Source of the DNA: an uncultured archaeon
Lineage (GTDB): Archaea; Asgardarchaeota; Thorarchaeia; Thorarchaeales; Thorarchaeaceae
Direction of reading: 5' to 3'
DNA length: 21,368 nucleotides
Assembly: GCA_964631415.1 (NCBI GenBank)
Contig: CAZVZC010000035.1
Location: forward strand, 1-21,368
Numbering within the stretch: the first letter of the stretch is position 1; each line of letters begins with the position of its first letter. The position numbers and the translations under genes were made by a program. A model generated the notes under the pieces. It made no database searches, was not told where the DNA came from, and saw only the letters and a list, made by a program, of their open reading frames with translations. Of the stretch, positions 18,433-21,368 are shown in pieces.

Positions 18433-21366
18433 TCAGGAAGGCGCCCTTCCTCCTGTCCTCCTTCTCATAAGCACTAACAATGCTATGAGTCCGACACAGC
18501 CAGCTGCTCCAACAATGACGATGAGCTCAATCCCCATCGGGGGCACGGCGGTCGTACCAGTATGGCTAGGATAATCGAGTGCATCAAGAGGGTCCGTCCC
18601 TGCCAGCACTTCAGCACCGTCAAGGAAGGTGTCATTGTCACTGTCATCGTCTGTTGGACTAGTACCTATCTTGACCTCGTAGGCATCGTTGAGATTGTCA
18701 CAGTCAGTGTCGATGCACTGCAGGTCTGTCCCAAGTGCTATCTCATCGAGGTCATCAAGCCCGTCGTAGTCTGTATCCCCGACCGTAACACCGAGCATCT
18801 CTAACACTGCCCGTATCTCGTTGATGTCCTCAATGTGACTGGCATTGAACTGTGACAGTGCGGCTACGTCCTGCGCGACCAGTGCGGCAAGGAGATCAAG
18901 CTCGGCCTCGTTGTTGTCCACTGCACTGACAACCTGCATGAGTAGTGTTGCATTTCCATCGACATAGGAGAAGAGCCTCTCGATATTCGTGTGGTTTCCA
19001 TCAAGCCAAGACACCACCTGCTGGAGCATCGTGGCATTGTCGTCCATCTGTTGCATCACACTCTGCAGAAGAGTCGCATTGCCGTTGGACCACGCGATGA
19101 GGTACCGGATCAGGGTCGCATTCCCATCGAGGTCCTCGTAGATGGCTTCATACCAGGCTTGGGGCATGGCGGGGTAGGACAGCGGATCTAGGGGATTGGA
19201 ACCATAGGCCACCTCGTACCCGTCGAGGAAGTTGTCGTTGTCAGAGTCGATACATAATGGATTCGTGCCGTAAAGAGCCTCCACCAAGTCAATCAGTCCG
19301 TCCATGTCAGTATCAGTACCATCACAGATGACAGTCACAAAGGAATCATAGTCACCGGCGTGGGTCGAGTCGTACGCATCGGCTATCGGGAAGTCCGTGG
19401 AAGATGTACAACCTGTGATGTATGCGAAGCCGTTCTCCACAGCGATTCCATATCCAGCGTCATCGCTTGAGCCTCCGAAGTAGGTACTGTGGATGAGTGA
19501 CTGGCCGTCAGATGCCAGACTGGTCACAAAGCAGTCGCCGCCTCCGTTGTAGGTCGAGTCGTACGCATTGACAGTCGGAAAACCGGACGAGTCTGTAGAG
19601 CCCGTCACATAGGCCGAGCCGTTCTCTAGGGCAATCGCCGCTCCTCCTTCTTGGCCTGAGCCCCCTAGGAAAGTGCTGTAGACCAAGGCCGAGCCATTCG
19701 CTGCCAGCCTAGTCATGAAGCAGTCTCGAGTGCCGCCTAGAATCGAGTCGTACGCATTGACAGTCGGAAAACCGGACGAGTCTGTAGAGCCCGTCACATA
19801 GGCCGAGCCGTTCTCCACAGCGATTCCACATGCGATGTCTTGGGCCGAGCCGCCAAGATATGTGCTATACACCAGAGACGAGCCGCTGGCTGCCAGTTTG
19901 GTCACGAAGCCGTCGATGCTTCCACCGTAGGTGAAGTCAAAACTATTGACGCACGGGAAGCTCGAAGACTGGGTATAGCCCGTCACATAGGCCGAGCCGT
20001 TCTCCACAGCGATTCCGCGTGCTGCGTCCAGGTTCGAGCCGCCAAGATATGTGCTATACACCAGAGACGAGCCGCTGGCTGCCAGCTTGGTCACGAAACA
20101 GTCATACAATCCTCCGTTGTAGGTAGCGTCGTAATGATTGAATGTCGGGAAATCTTCTGAGCTCGTAAAGCCCGTCACATAGACTGAGCCGTTGTCAACA
20201 GCTATTCCGTTCACGCCTTCCCGATTGGAACCCCCGATGAAGGTGCTGTAGATCAAGGACTGACCGTCGACCGCTAGCTTCGCAATGAAGGCGTCACAGT
20301 CCCCAGTAAGGACCGAGTCATAGGCATTGATTGTTGGAAAGTCGGAGGAGTATGTTTCGCCGACCACATAGACGAAGCCGTTCTCCGCGGCAATCGCATA
20401 TCCGAAGTCGTAGCCTGAGCCCCCGATGAAGGTGCTGTAGACAAGAGACTGACCGTCTGCCGCTAGCTTCGCAATGAAGGCGTCATTGTCCCCACTGAGG
20501 GCTGAGTCATAGGCATTGATTGCCGGGAAGTCGGAGGAGTATGTCTCGCCGGTCACATAGACGAAACCGTTCTCCACAGCAATCGCGTATCCGGAGTCGT
20601 AGCCTGAGGCTCCGAGGAACGTGCTGTGAATAAGAACCAGAGGATCGACAACGAGTTCACGGGTCACATCGTATTGACCAACTGAGAGCCCTATGGCGTT
20701 ATCACCACGGGGTTCGAAAGTGCACTCAATACTGACAATCCTACTGTCCTCTTGATATACCATGAGTCCGCTGTCTGTGAGTACGACCCCATTCATCGCC
20801 ACAGCCACAGAATCATCATTCACATCAATCGTGTCTGCGTCTGGATACCTCATCTGTATCAGCGACGGGTCCATCCGAGGCGTAACAGCAAACTGGTACT
20901 TGAGGCTCCCATCGAGAAACCCGTACACGAGATCAATTCCCGGGTAGATGTCCGAGTATCTCAGGACTGCACAATCCCTGAGCCCCATTCTCCATCCACT
21001 TGGGTCATTCCCAAACATGTAGTTTGTCACAGAGCCCGTTTCCTTGTCACCGACAGGCATGATTCCCGCACTCCCAGGGAACCCAAGCCTGAGCAGCGTG
21101 TCTCCAACGACGTACCACACCTCAGACTCTCCGAAGTAAGCGATGGGGTCGACGCCTCTGCGCGCCACGTAGTAGATGCCATCTTCGACAGACGCCGAGG
21201 GCGAGAAGTGCATCATGTCCAGTGTTACATCCCTGTTCCCTGTGCCATCGTCCGTAGTGCTCGTCGGCCCCGGCGTGTCCTCATGAAACACCGGCTGGGC
21301 GCCCATGAGCGACGGCACCATAGAGCACACGGACAAGAGCAATAGCACTGCTGCGATCACTGCAGA
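18433..21366 (-). CDS. Cell-surface protein: signal peptide, N-terminal beta-rich domain, 7 SBBP-type beta-propeller repeats, Ca-binding DxDxDG repeats, glycosylated coiled stalk, C-terminal TM anchor (5' end probably outside the window)
   Basis: 63-aa repeats 'YST[FY]LGGS..D...GIAVENG.AYVTG.T.S.[DG]FP', DTDxDGLxDxxE repeats, and a TM helix followed by RRR. The frame is open to the window edge. Confidence 0.9.
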   Translation of the reverse strand, partial: SAVIAAVLLLLSVCSMVPSLMGAQPVFHEDTPGPTSTTDDGTGNRDVTLDMMHFSPSASVEDGIYYVARRGVDPIAYFGESEVWYVVGDTLLRLGFPGSAGIMPVGDKETGSVTNYMFGNDPSGWRMGLRDCAVLRYSDIYPGIDLVYGFLDGSLKYQFAVTPRMDPSLIQMRYPDADTIDVNDDSVAVAMNGVVLTDSGLMVYQEDSRIVSIECTFEPRGDNAIGLSVGQYDVTRELVVDPLVLIHSTFLGASGYDSGYAIAVENGFVYVTGETYSSDFPAINAYDSALSGDNDAFIAKLAADGQSLVYSTFIGGSGYDFGYAIAAENGFVYVVGETYSSDFPTINAYDSVLTGDCDAFIAKLAVDGQSLIYSTFIGGSNREGVNGIAVDNGSVYVTGFTSSEDFPTFNHYDATYNGGLYDCFVTKLAASGSSLVYSTYLGGSNLDAARGIAVENGSAYVTGYTQSSSFPCVNSFDFTYGGSIDGFVTKLAASGSSLVYSTYLGGSAQDIACGIAVENGSAYVTGSTDSSGFPTVNAYDSILGGTRDCFMTRLAANGSALVYSTFLGGSGQEGGAAIALENGSAYVTGSTDSSGFPTVNAYDSTYNGGGDCFVTSLASDGQSLIHSTYFGGSSDDAGYGIAVENGFAYITGCTSSTDFPIADAYDSTHAGDYDSFVTVICDGTDTDMDGLIDLVEALYGTNPLCIDSDNDNFLDGYEVAYGSNPLDPLSYPAMPQAWYEAIYEDLDGNATLIRYLIAWSNGNATLLQSVMQQMDDNATMLQQVVSWLDGNHTNIERLFSYVDGNATLLMQVVSAVDNNEAELDLLAALVAQDVAALSQFNASHIEDINEIRAVLEMLGVTVGDTDYDGLDDLDEIALGTDLQCIDTDCDNLNDAYEVKIGTSPTDDDSDNDTFLDGAEVLAGTDPLDALDYPSHTGTTAVPPMGIELIVIVGAAGCVGLIALLVLMRRRTGGRAPS
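19330..20630 (-). repeat. 189-bp intragenic repeats encoding propeller blades
   Basis: Exact matches at offset 189: 19554-19626 = 19743-19815 (73 nt) and 19846-19896 = 20035-20085 (51 nt). Array boundaries are approximate. Confidence 0.9.
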
Positions 21367-21368
21367 GT

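Noticed and set aside
19554-20610. Diversity-generating retroelement TR/VR pair or CRISPR array
   Set aside because: Differences are not adenine-specific, the repeats are in-frame protein blades, there are no unique spacers, and no RT or cas gene is present.

Overview
Archaeal chromosomal segment. Fused RpoB, split RpoA1/A2, L30e, archaeal NusA, EF-1alpha and BHB-type tRNA introns establish archaeal origin; an Asgard/Thorarchaeia-like lineage is my inference. Left part: 3' end of an ECF transporter T subunit, an orphan Zn-ribbon DUF1156-type adenine DNA methyltransferase, tRNA-Tyr(GUA) with a D-loop intron, a small hypothetical gene, an SDR, a SIS-domain protein, tRNA-Asp(GUC) and tRNA-Lys(UUU) with a T-loop intron. 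Centre: rpoB-rpoA1-rpoA2-rpl30e-nusA-rps12-rps7 and tuf, with rpoH, EF-2 and rps10 missing from their usual positions. Right part: a membrane Zn-ribbon protein and a large beta-propeller surface protein. The most notable unexplained signal is a ~148-nt intergenic element present twice (3119-3266 and 15865-16012). It has an invariant 22-nt hairpin core, a second helix preserved by compatible substitutions and a predicted 3'-terminal pseudoknot, and one copy ends exactly where a headless GNAT-like gene fragment begins. Other findings are a three-way-junction RNA upstream of rpoB and a tandemly duplicated Ala/Pro/Lys N-terminal extension on EF-1alpha. All structures were folded by eye.
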